This document shows, piece by piece, positions 26,730 to 41,017 of a DNA stretch of 64,000 nt. Origin of the DNA: Octopus vulgaris (lineage: Eukaryota); the NCBI GenBank assembly GCA_951406725.2, contig OX597823.1, positions 87,048,001 through 87,112,000 of the forward strand, written 5' to 3'. The stretch's first letter is position 1; every line of letters begins with the position of its first letter. The notes under the pieces are model-generated. The model searched no databases, had not been told where the DNA came from, and was given only the letters and a program-made list of their open reading frames with translations. A program made the translations under genes and the position numbers.

Positions 26730-27909
26730 CAGGGCTTGAACAAAATAATGGAAACACTTTAGAATTTCAAACTAATATATTTTAATATGGGGTATGACAG
26801 CCCTTGGCAGTAATTGCAGCTTGAATTCTACAAGATATGGACTCGTACAAAGTTTGAACTGTTTCCAAAGTAATTTTTTGTCCATTCTTCAGCAAAAACA
26901 AACTCCATTTCTTGTAGTGATGATGGTGGATGATATCGACTTATTTTTCTAAAATGCACCATAAATGTTCAATAATATTAAGATCTGGGGACTCTCGTGA
27001 CCAGATAAGATGTTCAACTTCACTAGAATGTTCCTCCTGCCATTCAGTAACAAATTTAGCTCTGTGTATTTTCATCCTGAATGATTGCGTTTCCCTCCGG
27101 AAACAGTTCCGCAATCATAGGAGGAATTTTATAAGATAAAATCCTTAGATAGTCTTGAATATTAATTCTGCCGTGAAGGGAAACCACTGGGGCGGCGGAA
27201 TACCAAGATACAGCCTCCTTCCCCAAGATTATCACAGATCTTCCTACATGTTTAACAGTTGGAAAAAGGCAGTCAGGGTCAAATGCTTCCTTTGGCTGTC
27301 TTCACACATAAACTCGGCCGGTGGTTAGAAGTATGGTAAAGGATGTCTCGTCTGAGAAAATACCATTCTTCCACTGCTCTAGGAACCAATTCCCTACATT
27401 TTACTCCACTGTAAACGCTTTGCAATATTTGTTTTTGAAATTAGTGGTTTTATGATTGCAGCCCTCCCGTGGAATCCGGCTTTGTGCAGGTTCCTGTGAA
27501 CAGTTTTTGTGGAAACTGGGTTCTCGAGATGGTCATTAACCTCTGCAGTAATTTTTGGAGCTGTACTTTTGTGAACTTTTCTAACAATTCACGTAAGAGT
27601 TCGATGCTGCTTATCTGAAAGTTTTGGTTTTCTTCCGGAGTTTTGTATCCACGAGGAGGTTTTCCCCTCTTTCTCACAGGCTAACAATTTGTCCTCTTTG
27701 GCTGTCCGATAGATCTGTTATTTTAATGAATTTTAATTACCTTCTTCTGATGATATCTGGAAAGAAATAGCAATTTTAGCAAAACATATTAAGCAAAGCT
27801 AATAATAAATCAAAAAACATAAAAATAAACAAAATTTTGACGGTTTTATAGATACTTCATAATTATGATGCTAAGATGCTAGGTGTTTCCATTATTTTGT
27901 CCAACGCTG
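26730..27909 (-). mobile_element. Decayed Tc1-family transposon
   Basis: TA|CAGGGCTTGAACAAAATAATGGAAACAC / GTGTTTCCATTATTTTGTCCAACGCTG|TA TIRs; minus-strand WKNGIFSDETS (~27340-27375) and WSRESPDLNIIEHLW (~26955-27003). Confidence 0.92.
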
Positions 27910-27924
27910 TATATATTAGTGTTA

Positions 27925-28320
27925 GATTAAGGCTCAAGGCCAGCAAGTTCGGTTTTGTGGGTAAGCAGATTACGATGACTCCCAATTTTCAACTGGTTCT
28001 TAATTTATCGATCTCGAAAATATTAAAGATAAAGTCGACTTCGGCAGAATTTCAATTCAGAACGTAAAGACGGACAAAATGTCGCTAAGCATTTCCTCCG
28101 GCACTTTCCACTATAGGTACAAGGACTGAAATTTGAAGGGAAGTGGCTAGTGTATTACATTGATGCCAGTGTTTCACTGGTATTTAATTTATCGACTCCG
28201 AAATGATGAAAGACCAAGTCGACCTCGGCGTAAGTTGATCTAGGGACGCCAAGACGCACAAAATACCGCTAAGTATTTTGTCCTGCGTCCTATCCTATTG
28301 TGCCATCTCGCTGCTGCCTT
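27925..28320 (-). mobile_element. Two degraded SINE family A copies
   Basis: aaagtcgacttcggcagaattt and aagtcgacctcggcg bodies in reverse. Confidence 0.75.
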
Positions 28321-29834
28321 ACATGGTAGAGATAATATTAATCCAAGGACATTGGGTAGTTCACCTCAGGTTCCGCTTCTTACAGTAAACTATGAAAGAG
28401 AGCTTATCGTTAGAAATTCTGCTTCTGAAGTGTTTTCTGCTGCAGTCTTACTTTCTGAATGATTTGGTTTGCCCATTGTTATCGAAATGTTACTTAATTC
28501 GTTGGTTATTTTCGCCGAGTCTCATAAAATATTTTACTGATGCAGCAGAATCATCGCCTTAACCGTTATCAAAAACATTTTATGTCCTCCTAAATCATTT
28601 CTCACTAGGTAGATGATAAACTTATTTTTAGACGGATTGATGGTACACTACGTTCCATTCGTAGTCGGAATGAACGAACAATCCGTTCAAATTTCTAGGA
28701 ATAGCAGCAAAATTTCCTCATATTGAGACACCATCGCCTTAAAAAAGGAAGAAAAATATTGGAACATGCAGCCCTTAGGTATAGAGAAATTATACTGGAT
28801 GACTGCAGATAGAAAACCGTAATTTAGTGTTGGTTCTTATTGTTTGTTCCCAGGTCAATCCAGCTAGGACTGACTCGGAGGTAAACAATAAGGGCACAAA
28901 AAACAACAATAACAGGAACAATACTAGTTTGAATAATATCTGTTATCTTTCATGGCAGACATCATGATTAGCATTTCAAGTCTGAGGGTGTTAATATTAT
29001 TGATGTTGTTTTTGTGAGCCATGAATAAACAGTTATATGATGAAAGAGATTTCAAGCGTCACCATTCCATAACAGTTTTGTCTGCTTCTTTTTTCTTTTT
29101 GCCTTTTTTTTTTTATCATGGACGACATTATTCAATATTCTCTTCAATGACGATAGGGTGTGATCTGAAAGATAATTTCTTTGCTTTTCTTCTCGAGCTT
29201 TCAGTCTTTCTTACTAAGTGTCATAGATTATACAGAGAAAGGTTTCACATATTCTTCTACACACCCAAAGTTAGCGCTACTGGCTATTGAACAGTCATTA
29301 ATTATTCAGTGATTTCCTTTTGCCCCAGGTCAATTCTGATCCACTAGACACGAGATCAATGACATTTCAGTCTAAAAATCCCGCCATTTTTCTGTAGTCA
29401 CGCAATGTGTTTAGAACTAGGTTATCTAACGTATACTTCCCTCTTTTAAGACAGTTATTTGTTACAGTCCTATTCCTAAAGTAGAAGTCCTTTTGTTGGC
29501 TCCTTGCTTTTATTGTTTTAGTCACTGGTTTTCATCAACCAAACAGAGCTATTATCAAAGGCGTTGCAGACGTGACTATCACTCCTATTTGAACATTTGC
29601 AACAACTTTATACACCAAGTCCTTCCACTTACAAAAGAAAAAAAAATGAAGTGGTTATATTTGAGAAAGTTATGACTGTTGCAGCAGGGAGAAAAGCCAC
29701 ATCGACTCAGTGCTTTCGTTTTCCGAAAGCGATGATAAGGTAGCATAGGTGGGCTACTTGCAAACAGTTTGCTGGACTATTTCAGACAATATGATAAGAA
29801 TTTTGATAACTAACGAAGCTTTGCTGTACAGCGG

Positions 29835-30214
29835 ACAAGTACAATCTGTTTCGACCCTTTAGAATTGCAATTTTTGTAAAGTAAAACTTTTTTTATTATG
29901 TAGCTTGTTATTCTCTTCAAGTGAACATTTTTCTAGTTGAAATACATCGAAAAATGGTGACACAGCAGTCAAAAAGTCGTAAAAAATAGGGATTTTCATA
30001 GAAAAAAGGTCCTTTTGATGTAAATAATTTTTGGTGTTAACATAGTCTGATTTGAATTTTTTTCTTCTACGAAAGGAAGAGCAAGCCTTCTTCTATCATA
30101 CTCTCAAATTTAGTCAACCTGCGCCGCAGGGTCTCGGAGGAGATAGTGTTAGTTGAAGGCTACCAAACCTGCCATACACAGACAACTTCAGCTTTATCTT
30201 TATATATAGAGAGA
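29835..30214 (-). mobile_element. Probable Helitron-type non-autonomous element (degraded 3' end)
   Basis: Right end acagacaacttcagcttt...tatatatagagagat parallels the 5' end of the Helitron at 33010-33047. Confidence 0.4.
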
Positions 30215-30636
30215 TATACGAAACTATTATCAACCCTGGTGGAATCATTTAAAATACATTGTTAAATATTATACACGTGTTTTTTTTATTCTTAATTAAT
30301 TATACAGCACTATCCTCGCTGTGTATTCATTTTGAGTATCGTTTTCAGAAGGTCTATGTAAATAAAGACATAGATATATGCATACAAATATATATACACG
30401 TATACAGACATATGCATAACAGAGTGTCTCATAATGATGAGATACAATTCAAACGCGAGTAAGTCGGACTGAAACACTAAACGGGCATGTAATCATCATT
30501 TTGTAAAGTTGAAATATGGGTTTCGTCATTATCAGACTCAAAACACTCACTGATTTTTTTCGATGGAGGTGAAAGTTAAGGTGTTGCACGACTCGTGTTT
30601 CACGCCATCGTAATCTTCATTCGGTACATATGTACG

Positions 30637-30701
<65 letters not shown>

Positions 30702-30957
30702 CAGTTGGTAGATATTCGCACATACATATTTAAGCACGCATATATAGTTTCACACACCTTCATATCTATCTATCTATCCTTATATATGTGTGTGTGTATA
30801 CGTATATATTGGTATATATGTATATATACGAATATATATATGTATATATGCATATATATATATAGAGAGAGAGAGAGAGTGTGTGTGTGTGTATGTGAGT
30901 GAGAGATTGAGAGACAGACAGACAGATAGACAGATAGACAGATGGATGGATGGATGA

Positions 30958-32385
<1,428 letters not shown>

Positions 32386-32505
32386 TATGTGTGTGTGTGT
32401 GTGTGTGTGTGTATCTATGTATGTATGCATATATATGTGTATGTATATATATATATGTATATGTGTGTATGTCTCTATGTACGTATATATATATATGCAT
32501 ATGTG

Positions 32506-32548
<43 letters not shown>

Positions 32549-32619
32549 CAGTATCGCCCGGCGTTGCTCGGGTTTGTAAGGGAAATAACTATGTACGTAT
32601 ATATATATATGCATATGTG

Positions 32620-32651
<32 letters not shown>

Positions 32652-33047
32652 CTAGCAGTATCGCCCGGCGTTGCTCGGGTTTGTAAGGGAAATAACTATA
32701 TAAGCATTTTCAGAGATGTAAAGTATAATAGCCACCTCAATATGGCTAACCACAAAGGGGGTGGTGTTACTGTAGCTTTTTACGTTCTGAGAGTTAATAA
32801 TAAATTTTTAGAGAGTTACTTCCCTTATATATGCCAAAAATTCATTAAAATTGGAAAAATTGATGGTAATTTTTTTTTTAAATCGTAGACTCATCGTCGA
32901 CGCGCGCTAATACCCAGAAGGGCTCGATATGAATCACGACTACAAGATACCCGGTTTTGGTTAAACTGCACCGCAAAATGTGGGAGTAGTTAGGAATCTA
33001 AATCGTAGGAGACAGACAGCACACAACCTCTCTTTTATATATAAAGA
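32652..33047 (-). mobile_element. Non-autonomous Helitron
   Basis: Minus strand starts A|TC, ends with hairpin cccgagcaacgccggg then CTAG|T; inserted in an AT site of (TA)n. Confidence 0.85.
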
Positions 33048-34139
33048 TATATATATACATATATATATATATATACATATATTTATACAAAATATATATG
33101 CATATACATATTTGTGCGTATGTTTGGGTGTATATGTACGTTGTGTGCGTGTGTATTTGTATCTGGTATATTTAAATGTTATTTGTATGTGTTTGATGGT
33201 ATTTGTTAGAAAGTGCTGATTGATGGTTGAGAAAATTTCCGTATCAAATACTTTTGGAAGCGAAAAGAGAGAGAAAAAAATGAAATTATTCCTCAAAGTT
33301 AGGGTTTGAAGAATAACATAAGAAAGGAGGAGGATGGGGAGAGAAAGAGGATGAGGAAATAAAAAGAAACAAAACTGAAAGAAATTAAGTTAAATACGAG
33401 TCCATGTATATTTTCTGAACAAATGTTTATATAAAATTGTGTATGTGCGTGCGTGTGTGTTTGTGTGTGTGTGTGTGTGTGTCTATGTGTGTCTCTGTGT
33501 GTGTGTCTGTGTGTGTCTGTGTGTGTGTGTGAGAGTGAAGGTCCTATTTGCGTGTGCTTCGAGTGTATATCTTTGCGTTTGCCATATCTGTATATCTATG
33601 AAGATTTTCATGCGTCTGAGCAGTTAAGGGTGGGTATTCGCTGCTTTTTATTGCTGTTTTCTTTCTTTCTTTCTTTCAGTTTTGCCTTCACATAAGAAAA
33701 TGGAAAAGAAGGAAAGATATCCAAACGAGAAAAGAAGGAAAAGAAACAATGAAATAAACAGTAGAAAATAGATTCTTAATTTCGCTGGAAGGAATAAAGA
33801 AGAACGCTAAGGAAATATGCATGTGTCTCAAGGCAGCTTAGCTCGACAAGATGGCGTTTTTCTGTTTGTTTTTTCGTTACGTTATTTTAGCATTCCACTT
33901 AAAGCTGCAATACAATTTTGACTGTTATCAACACAAATAGAGAACTAGCAAAATATATCTCAAAGCCAGCCTTTCAGCATTTTTAATTGTCTCGGGAGTA
34001 CAGTCTTATTAACTCAAATTGGTTATCAAAAGGACTCGAGAATTGAGATAGTTAGAACGCCAAATTTTCTTAAAATTGTCGCTTGTCTCTTAAGGCGAAA
34101 AGATTTTCATAGCTACGAATAACGAATTTTCACTCTTCT

Positions 34140-34384
34140 TTTGTTGTTTCGGATATTGTTGTTTTTGTTGTTGCTGTTTTCGTTGTCGTTGTTGTTGGTG
34201 TTGTTGGTGTTGTTGTTGTTGTTGCGTCGGTGGTGCTGGTGAAAGCAGTTTTTTTTGTTTAGTTTTCTTATTCTGATTATTGATTATTACTTAATGGTGA
34301 TGATGATGGCTATAATGATAACGGTGGCAATGCTTTTAGCAGTAGCAGCAGCGGCAGCAGCAGTATTTTTATTATTATTATTAT

Positions 34385-34420
<36 letters not shown>

Positions 34421-34802
34421 TAGTAGTAGTAATAGTAGTAGTAGTAGTAATGGTGTTAGTATGGACCACGATGATGATGGTGATGGTGATTATTGTGGCG
34501 ATGGTGATTGCGATGGTGGTGATGGTGATGGTTGTGGTCGTGGCCTGCTGCTGTTGTTGCTCATGTTGTTGTTGGTGGATACCAGAGCAGGTTGAACATT
34601 TTTAATGCTACCCAGTTAGAGAGGTGACGTTGGACTGTGCTGATAGCAATGGTACTGACCACTGCAGTAACAAAGACAAGGTCGGACCTAATAACAGTGG
34701 AGATGATGGTGAGGATGTATGTGGTGTTGACGGTAGTGGTGGTGTTATTGACGTCAGTGGCAGTGACGTCGTCCTCGGTTATAGTAGTAACAGCAGCTGC
34801 GT

Positions 34803-34872
<70 letters not shown>

Positions 34873-35320
34873 CAGGGATTGCTGATGGAAGTGTTGGTGT
34901 TGGTGGTGATAGAGAAGATAGCGCTGACAGTTTGTGATAGAGGGGTAGTGGCTTTTCGTCGAAATGTTGTTTGGAGCAGAAGCAGCGGAACTAGTGGTGG
35001 TTGTGGTGATAGTAGTAGCAGTATTAGTAGTAGTAGTAGTAGTTATTGTTGTTGTTCTTTTTGTCATTGTTCATGATGCAATTGTGGTATTGATTGCGGT
35101 TGTTGTATTGATAGTGATGGTGGTAGTGGTGATATGACTGAGAGAGTGGGGGTGGTAATAATACGTGATTTTAAAAGTAGTGTTGGTGGTAATGACAAAT
35201 AAGATAGTGGTGATAGTTTGTTGTAGGCTAACGTTGTTGTTGTTGTTAGTAGTAGTAGTAACAGTAGTAGTAGTAGTTGTTGTTTTTGTTGTTCTTGCTG
35301 TTTTTATTGTTGTTGTTAGT
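34140..35320. repeat. Low-complexity (GTT)n/(TAG)n/(GAT)n/(GGT)n field
   Basis: Direct reading. Confidence 0.9.
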
Positions 35321-35733
35321 TGTGTAATTTTGTGGAGTGAGGGGATACTAAATCATTCTTTTATTACTTGTTTACTTTCTTTCTCTAGTATGAAAGTATT
35401 ATTAGCAAAGTGTTTGATAAATACAATGGCCTGGAGATGATACATTGAAATTAAATGTTGTTTTCTGGGTAATTGGCAAAATAAATCGAGTGAATGTAAA
35501 ACAAAATGTATAATAGTAAAAATAAATAAGAAAGTTTGTAAAATAAGATTTAAATATCATAATTTGATTAAATCTTGTTTCATTCTCATTCATGAGTTTA
35601 TTTAGAAAAAATATATTGCGATTTGTATGAACAAGATCTGTATGAACAGAGAGTTGATAGAGAGAATGGTTAGGATTTAACCGAGAGTTTGAAGGTACGG
35701 GTCTTGTCGTCCGCGATTTTGCGGTGAAACATG

Positions 35734-36184
35734 TAAGAAACATGTGGTATTTAGAAGCTCAGATCGTTTGGCTGTTTGTAGGTACCAAATTTTAAAAGTA
35801 CTTATCACTGTAAATAAAAATAATCTGGTCTAAATTACCCAGTTAGATTCTAGCAGTAAGTTGAGCTGCTAGAAATAGTAGGCAAAGCCATTCAAATCTA
35901 ACTCGAAAATCCAATAAATAAAGGTGATATGTATTGGATAATCTGAGTAAAGTGCTTACATATAAGAAACATGTGGTATTTAAAAGCTCAGATAGTTTGG
36001 CTGTTGGGAGATACCAAATTTTAAAAGTGCTTATCGCCGTAAATAAAAATAAGCTGGGCTAAATTACCCAGTTAGATTCTATCAGTAAGTTGAGCTGCTA
36101 GAAATAGTAGGCAAAGCCATTCAAATCTCACCCGAAAATCCAACAAATATAGTTGATATGTATTGGATAATCTGAGTAAAGTGC
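35734..36184. repeat. Tandem duplication, 229-bp period, 2 copies
   Basis: taagaaacatgtggtattt...ataatctgagtaaagtgc at 35734-35955 and 35963-36184. Confidence 0.92.
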
Positions 36185-36284
36185 ATATAAGTTTGTGTGT
36201 GTTAAAATATAGTGTGTGTGTCTGTGTTAGTACATATATGGAAGAATGTGTACGTATTCATACGTATGTAAGTAATTATGTATA

Positions 36285-36552
36285 AAAGTCTCCCGACTAT
36301 ATGATTCCAGTTCAGTCCCACTGCGTGACACCTTGGGTCAACGTCTTCTGCTCTAGCCTTAGACTGACCAAAGCCTTGTACGTGAATTTGATCTATAGCA
36401 ACTGAAAGAAAAGCCATCCTCTGTGTGTGTGTATGTGTTTATATCTGCGTTTCTTTCCAACCACCACTTGACAATCTGTGTTGGTGTGTTTACGTCTACG
36501 TAACTTAACAGATCGGCAAAAGAGGGTACCTACAGAATAAGTACCAGGCTTT
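36285..36552 (+). mobile_element. Degraded SINE family B
   Basis: gttcagtcccactgcgtgacaccttggg...agaataagtaccaggctt; continuation likely at 36988-37050. Confidence 0.75.
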
Positions 36553-36569
36553 AAAAAAAAATAAACACC

Positions 36570-36729
36570 ATAGGCGTAGAATTGGCTGTGTGGTAAGTAG
36601 CTTGCTTACCAACCACATGGTTCGGTGCCACTGCATGGCACCTTGGGCTACTATAGCCTCGGGCCGACCAAAGCCTTGTGAGTGATTTTGGTAGACGAAA
36701 ACTAAAAGAAGCCCGTCGTATATATATAA

Positions 36730-36760
<31 letters not shown>

Positions 36761-36987
36761 GGTGGGTGGGTGTATATGTTTGTGTGTCTGTGTTTGTCCC
36801 CCAACATCGCTTGATAACCGATGCTGGTGTGTTTACGTCCACGTAATTTAGCGGTTCGGCAAAAGAGATTGATAGAATAAGTACTAGGCTTACAAAGAAT
36901 AAGTCCTGGGGTGGATTTGCTCGACTAAAGGTGGTGCTCCAGCATGGCCGCAGTCAAATGACTGAAACAAGTCAAAAAGTAAAAGAG
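36570..36987 (+). mobile_element. Near full-length SINE family B, nested in the older copy
   Basis: taggcgtag..ttggctgtgtggtaag head, centre, (TA)(TG) spacer, tail aaaagtaaaagag. Confidence 0.9.
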
Positions 36988-37184
36988 ACCAGAGTCGATC
37001 TATTCGGCTAAAAATTCTTCAAGAAAGCGCCCCAGCATGGCCACAGTCTTCAGAAGCAGATGAATGTTAAAATATAAAAGATAGAATTGCATGGATTGAA
37101 CAAACACTTACATAACACTACAACTTTTTCATCTTCATTTTACGGTCAGATTACCGACGAACAAGTTATGTATAGTATTTATAT

Positions 37185-37332
37185 TATTTACATTATCTAC
37201 ATTTGACGGATATTTGTCCTCATCTTGTTTTTGTTAACACAACGTTTCGGCTGATATAGCCTCCAACCCTCATCAGCTGTCTTGGGGAAATTTCGGACCT
37301 GGGTTCTCATTCATGAGGTAATTTTCGATGTT
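37185..37332 (-). mobile_element. HHR-bearing tail module (PLE terminal-repeat-like), copy 1
   Basis: Matches 43112-43256; abuts (ATT)n. Confidence 0.85.
37237..37281 (-). ncRNA. Minimal type I hammerhead ribozyme, canonical core
   Basis: gACAg CUGAUGA G GGUUG gaggcuauau CAGCC GAAA CG UU GUGU; palindromic AACGUU stem III; the 43170 copy shows stem I was ACAC/GUGU. Confidence 0.8.
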
Positions 37333-37356
37333 TTTGTTGTTATTATTATTATTATT

Positions 37357-37895
37357 GAGTGACAGAGCAGTGCATGCCATCAAAGTGACATACGATGCCC
37401 AGTGTACCCATCATGACTACCCGTCTGATAAGGGTACACCAGGCACATGCATCACAACCAAATGTGTTCGATATGGTGATCTCATATCAACATAAACAGC
37501 ACAGACCTTGCAGGTGGGGCCCAGTTAGAATTATCTTCAGATAGAGTAGCCCATCCCACTCGAAAGGTCCCTGAATAAGGGTTGTTTAAGAATGTTGAAC
37601 GAAACACCCATGTTTCCAGAGGCGAATTATTCAAAACCCAAAGAATACCTCTCAACACATGGCTGTGGTGCTCCCCCACGACTTCTGCTCGTGATCAGAG
37701 ATGTACATATTGTCATCCAATAAGGAGCATGCTCAACTGGTTGAGGTCAAACAACTGACAAGCAAATCTGTGGTATTGAGCAGAATATTTGCTGTACCGT
37801 ATATTTTATACCAACACAAAATAATTTACATGATAACACTTCCAATCAGTTAAGATCAGGAGCCATGAGAGCCAACGTCTGGTACTGCATCAGAC
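37357..37895 (-). mobile_element. Family C non-coding retroposon in (TAA)n, copy 1
   Basis: Highly similar to 39064-39641 and 56357-56824; (ATT)n on both sides. Confidence 0.9.
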
Positions 37896-37981
<86 letters not shown>

Positions 37982-37983
<2 letters not shown>

Positions 37984-38177
37984 TAGTTTTATTTTTATAG
38001 TGTGCTTTCACTTCACTACCGAGCGCAGCTCTGTGTGCCTTGGGTATGTGCTGTGATTTGTTGTGATGCTCTGATGGTTATTGTATGGAAAGTGTTCTGC
38101 GTAGGATGTCTGCAGTGCCTAGTAGTGCAATTGGTGTTTTTGTTATGTATTTGACTGAATATTTTTTTATCATGCCT
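37982..38177 (-). mobile_element. 3' end of an R4/Dong-type non-LTR element in (TAA)n
   Basis: Minus translation ...IALLGTADILRRTLSIQ* then short 3' UTR ending in (AAT)n. Confidence 0.75.
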
Positions 38178-38178
38178 A

Positions 38179-38234
<56 letters not shown>

Positions 38235-38262
38235 CATCATCATCATCATCATTATTATTATT

Positions 38263-38320
38263 GAGTGAGAGAGCAGTGCATGCCATCAAAATGACACTGG
38301 GGTAGAAATTTACAAACCCC
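38263..38320 (-). mobile_element. Family C, severely truncated copy
   Basis: gagtgagagagcagtgcatgccatcaaa.tgacactggggta. Confidence 0.85.
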
Positions 38321-38335
38321 ATTATTATTATTATT

Positions 38336-38413
38336 GTTCAGGTTGCTGCTTGGAATCGAACTCGGAATCTTGGGGTTAGTAGCCCACACTCTGAACCATT
38401 GCGCCATATGCCC
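38336..38413 (-). mobile_element. tRNA-derived SINE head (Pol III A and B boxes) followed by (AAT)n
   Basis: GGGCATA TGGCGCAATGG ...GGG CTACTAA CCC... GAGTTCGATTCC; acceptor stem does not close, so not an intact tRNA gene. Confidence 0.8.
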
Positions 38414-38757
38414 GAGTGTACGTCAGTATATAATGGCGGGATCGTTACAGTTGCAATTCATTTTATCATTGATCTGACTAACACTGATTCGAACTGGTTT
38501 AAGCAATATATGTGCGCGCGTGTGTGTGTGTATGTATGTATATATATAAGAGAAGCTATGTGAAATTAAGGAATAGTACATTATGTTTATAACATCTGAG
38601 ACTGACTATTCTCTGCAGGCGTTGGGAGTATCGAGCGCTTACGGGCAGGGTGTTAGAAGGTATATCTTTTGTTGCTTCGAACTTTCCAATGCCATGGAAA
38701 TAGAATTCAATAGGGTGTAAACATTCCTTATATATATATATATGCGTGTATACATGA

Positions 38758-38817
<60 letters not shown>

Positions 38818-39063
38818 GAGTGTATATATACATTAATATACGCACATTCATATATATATATATGTATGTATATATGTGTATATATATACACATGCATACA
38901 TGCATACATGCATATATACATGTATATATATATATATATGTATGTATGTATGTATATATATACACACACAAATATATATATAAGCAGGTACAAATATACA
39001 CAAGCACACACTTAAATGCCCTCAGACACACACACATATATAATTATTATTATTATTATTACT

Positions 39064-39641
39064 GAGTGAGAGAGCAGTTCATGCCATCAAAGTGACACTG
39101 GGGTAAAATATACGAAGCCCAATATACCCATCATGACTGCCCGTCTGATAAGAGCACACCAGGGACATGCATCACAACCATATGTGCGCGGCATGGTGAT
39201 CTCATATCAAGATAAACTGCACATGACCTTGCAGGTGGGGCCCAGTTAGAATTTTCTTCAGGTTGAGTAGCCCATCCCGCTCAAACGGTCCCTGAATAAG
39301 GGTTGTTTAAGGATGTTGAAAAACCCACCCATGTCTCCAGAGGTGAATTATTCAAACCCCAAAGAATCCCTCTCAACACATGGCTATGATGCTCCCCCAC
39401 GACTTCTGCTCGTGATCAGAGATGCACATATCGTCAGCCACTAAGGGACATGCTCAACTGGTTAAGGTCAAACAACTGACAAGCAAATCTGTAGTATTGA
39501 GCAGAATATTTGCTGTAGCCCATCTTTTATACCAAGACAGAACAATGTACATGATAACACTTCCAATCAGTTAAGATCAGAAGCCATGAGAGCCTCTGCC
39601 TGGCACTGCATCAGGGCATCCCCGGCACTGCATCAGGGCAT
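39064..39641 (-). mobile_element. Family C, longest copy, with 18-bp duplication at its right end
   Basis: ggcactgcatcagggcat at 39602-39619 and 39624-39641; (ATT)n flanks. Confidence 0.9.
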
Positions 39642-39662
39642 TTATTATTATTATTATTATTA

Positions 39663-39742
<80 letters not shown>

Positions 39743-39765
39743 ATTATTATTATTAATATTATTAT

Positions 39766-40225
39766 TTTCTCCTTATCGCAAGTTTTGTTGGAGCTCCTGG
39801 AGTCTTGCATGCGTAGCGGGCTTACTACCTGCAGCCTATGGTACCATGCCATTCGTTCTTTTCAGCTCCGTAATACTTTCCTGATTGTTCTGGCCGTGCC
39901 AATGACGCAAATCTTTTGCAACAGTTCTACTGGACACTCTATTTCAGTTTCCTTAATATTCCTCTTGATGCCTTCTGAATCTGTTCCCAAGGACCCAACA
40001 ATAATTGGCACTATCTTCACCTTCTTCATTTACCATATCCAGTCTATTTCGTATTTAAGAGGGTTGCATTTATCTATATATCTATGTTTTCATCTTCCTT
40101 CTTGACTATTTGTGGGTCACAGGAGCATGCAACATCAACTATATAGCATATGTGGTGCACCTTGACCACCCCGACTAGGTCCGGCCTGTTATGCTCTAAC
40201 ACCTGGTCTGTTTGAATTGGGAACA
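39766..40225 (-). mobile_element. 5'-truncated R4/Dong-type non-LTR element: restriction-like endonuclease domain and 3' UTR
   Basis: Minus translation IQTDQVLEHNRPDLV...IVDVAC..D....KE...KVKIVPIIVGSLG...LLQKICVIGTARTIRKVL; 3' end abuts (AAT)/(AAC)n. Confidence 0.85.
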
Positions 40226-40796
40226 CGAATGTTAATGACAGCAAGTTGGAGGTTTCGGCCAGTTAACACATTATCAGGCTGCGGGCTTTGTATAGATTCC
40301 GTTGAGGTAAAAATCGTCCTTGGTATTGGTTGACTTTCATACATCCCAATCCAACGATGGCTCGACTGGCCGAAACTTCGAAGTTACTGTCACCGATATT
40401 CTTGTTTAAAAATCATACATTTGTACTCTATAAATATATAGAAAAAAACCATCAGATAAATGTAAAGTTGTTTTTATCATAGCTGAGCATTAAAAACAAA
40501 CATTAACATATATATGTATACACGTGTGTCTGCGTGTATGTGTGTATACATATATGAATGCATATATATGTGTGTGTGTGTGTGTGTGCATGTATATACA
40601 TACATATACATATATACACACACACATACACTCACACATATATATATATGCATACAGATATGTATACATGCATGGAAGTATATAAGTGTGCGTATATATG
40701 TATGCATGCGTAAGTATATATATATATATATATATATATATAGGATGCATCTATACATACATACATACATAAATATACATATATGTATATATATAC

Positions 40797-40873
<77 letters not shown>

Positions 40874-40910
40874 GGATGCATCTATACATACATACATACA
40901 TAAATATACA

Positions 40911-41017
<107 letters not shown>

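Noticed and set aside
33847-33856. YY1-like CAAGATGGCG promoter motif
   Set aside because: Single short match without downstream exon or donor support
38336-38413. Functional tRNA gene with ACT anticodon
   Set aside because: Acceptor and T stems do not pair; runs into (AAT)n; treated as a SINE head
39565-39641. Faint resemblance of the family C end to U2 snRNA segments
   Set aside because: Only short patches, no Sm site or branch-pairing sequence
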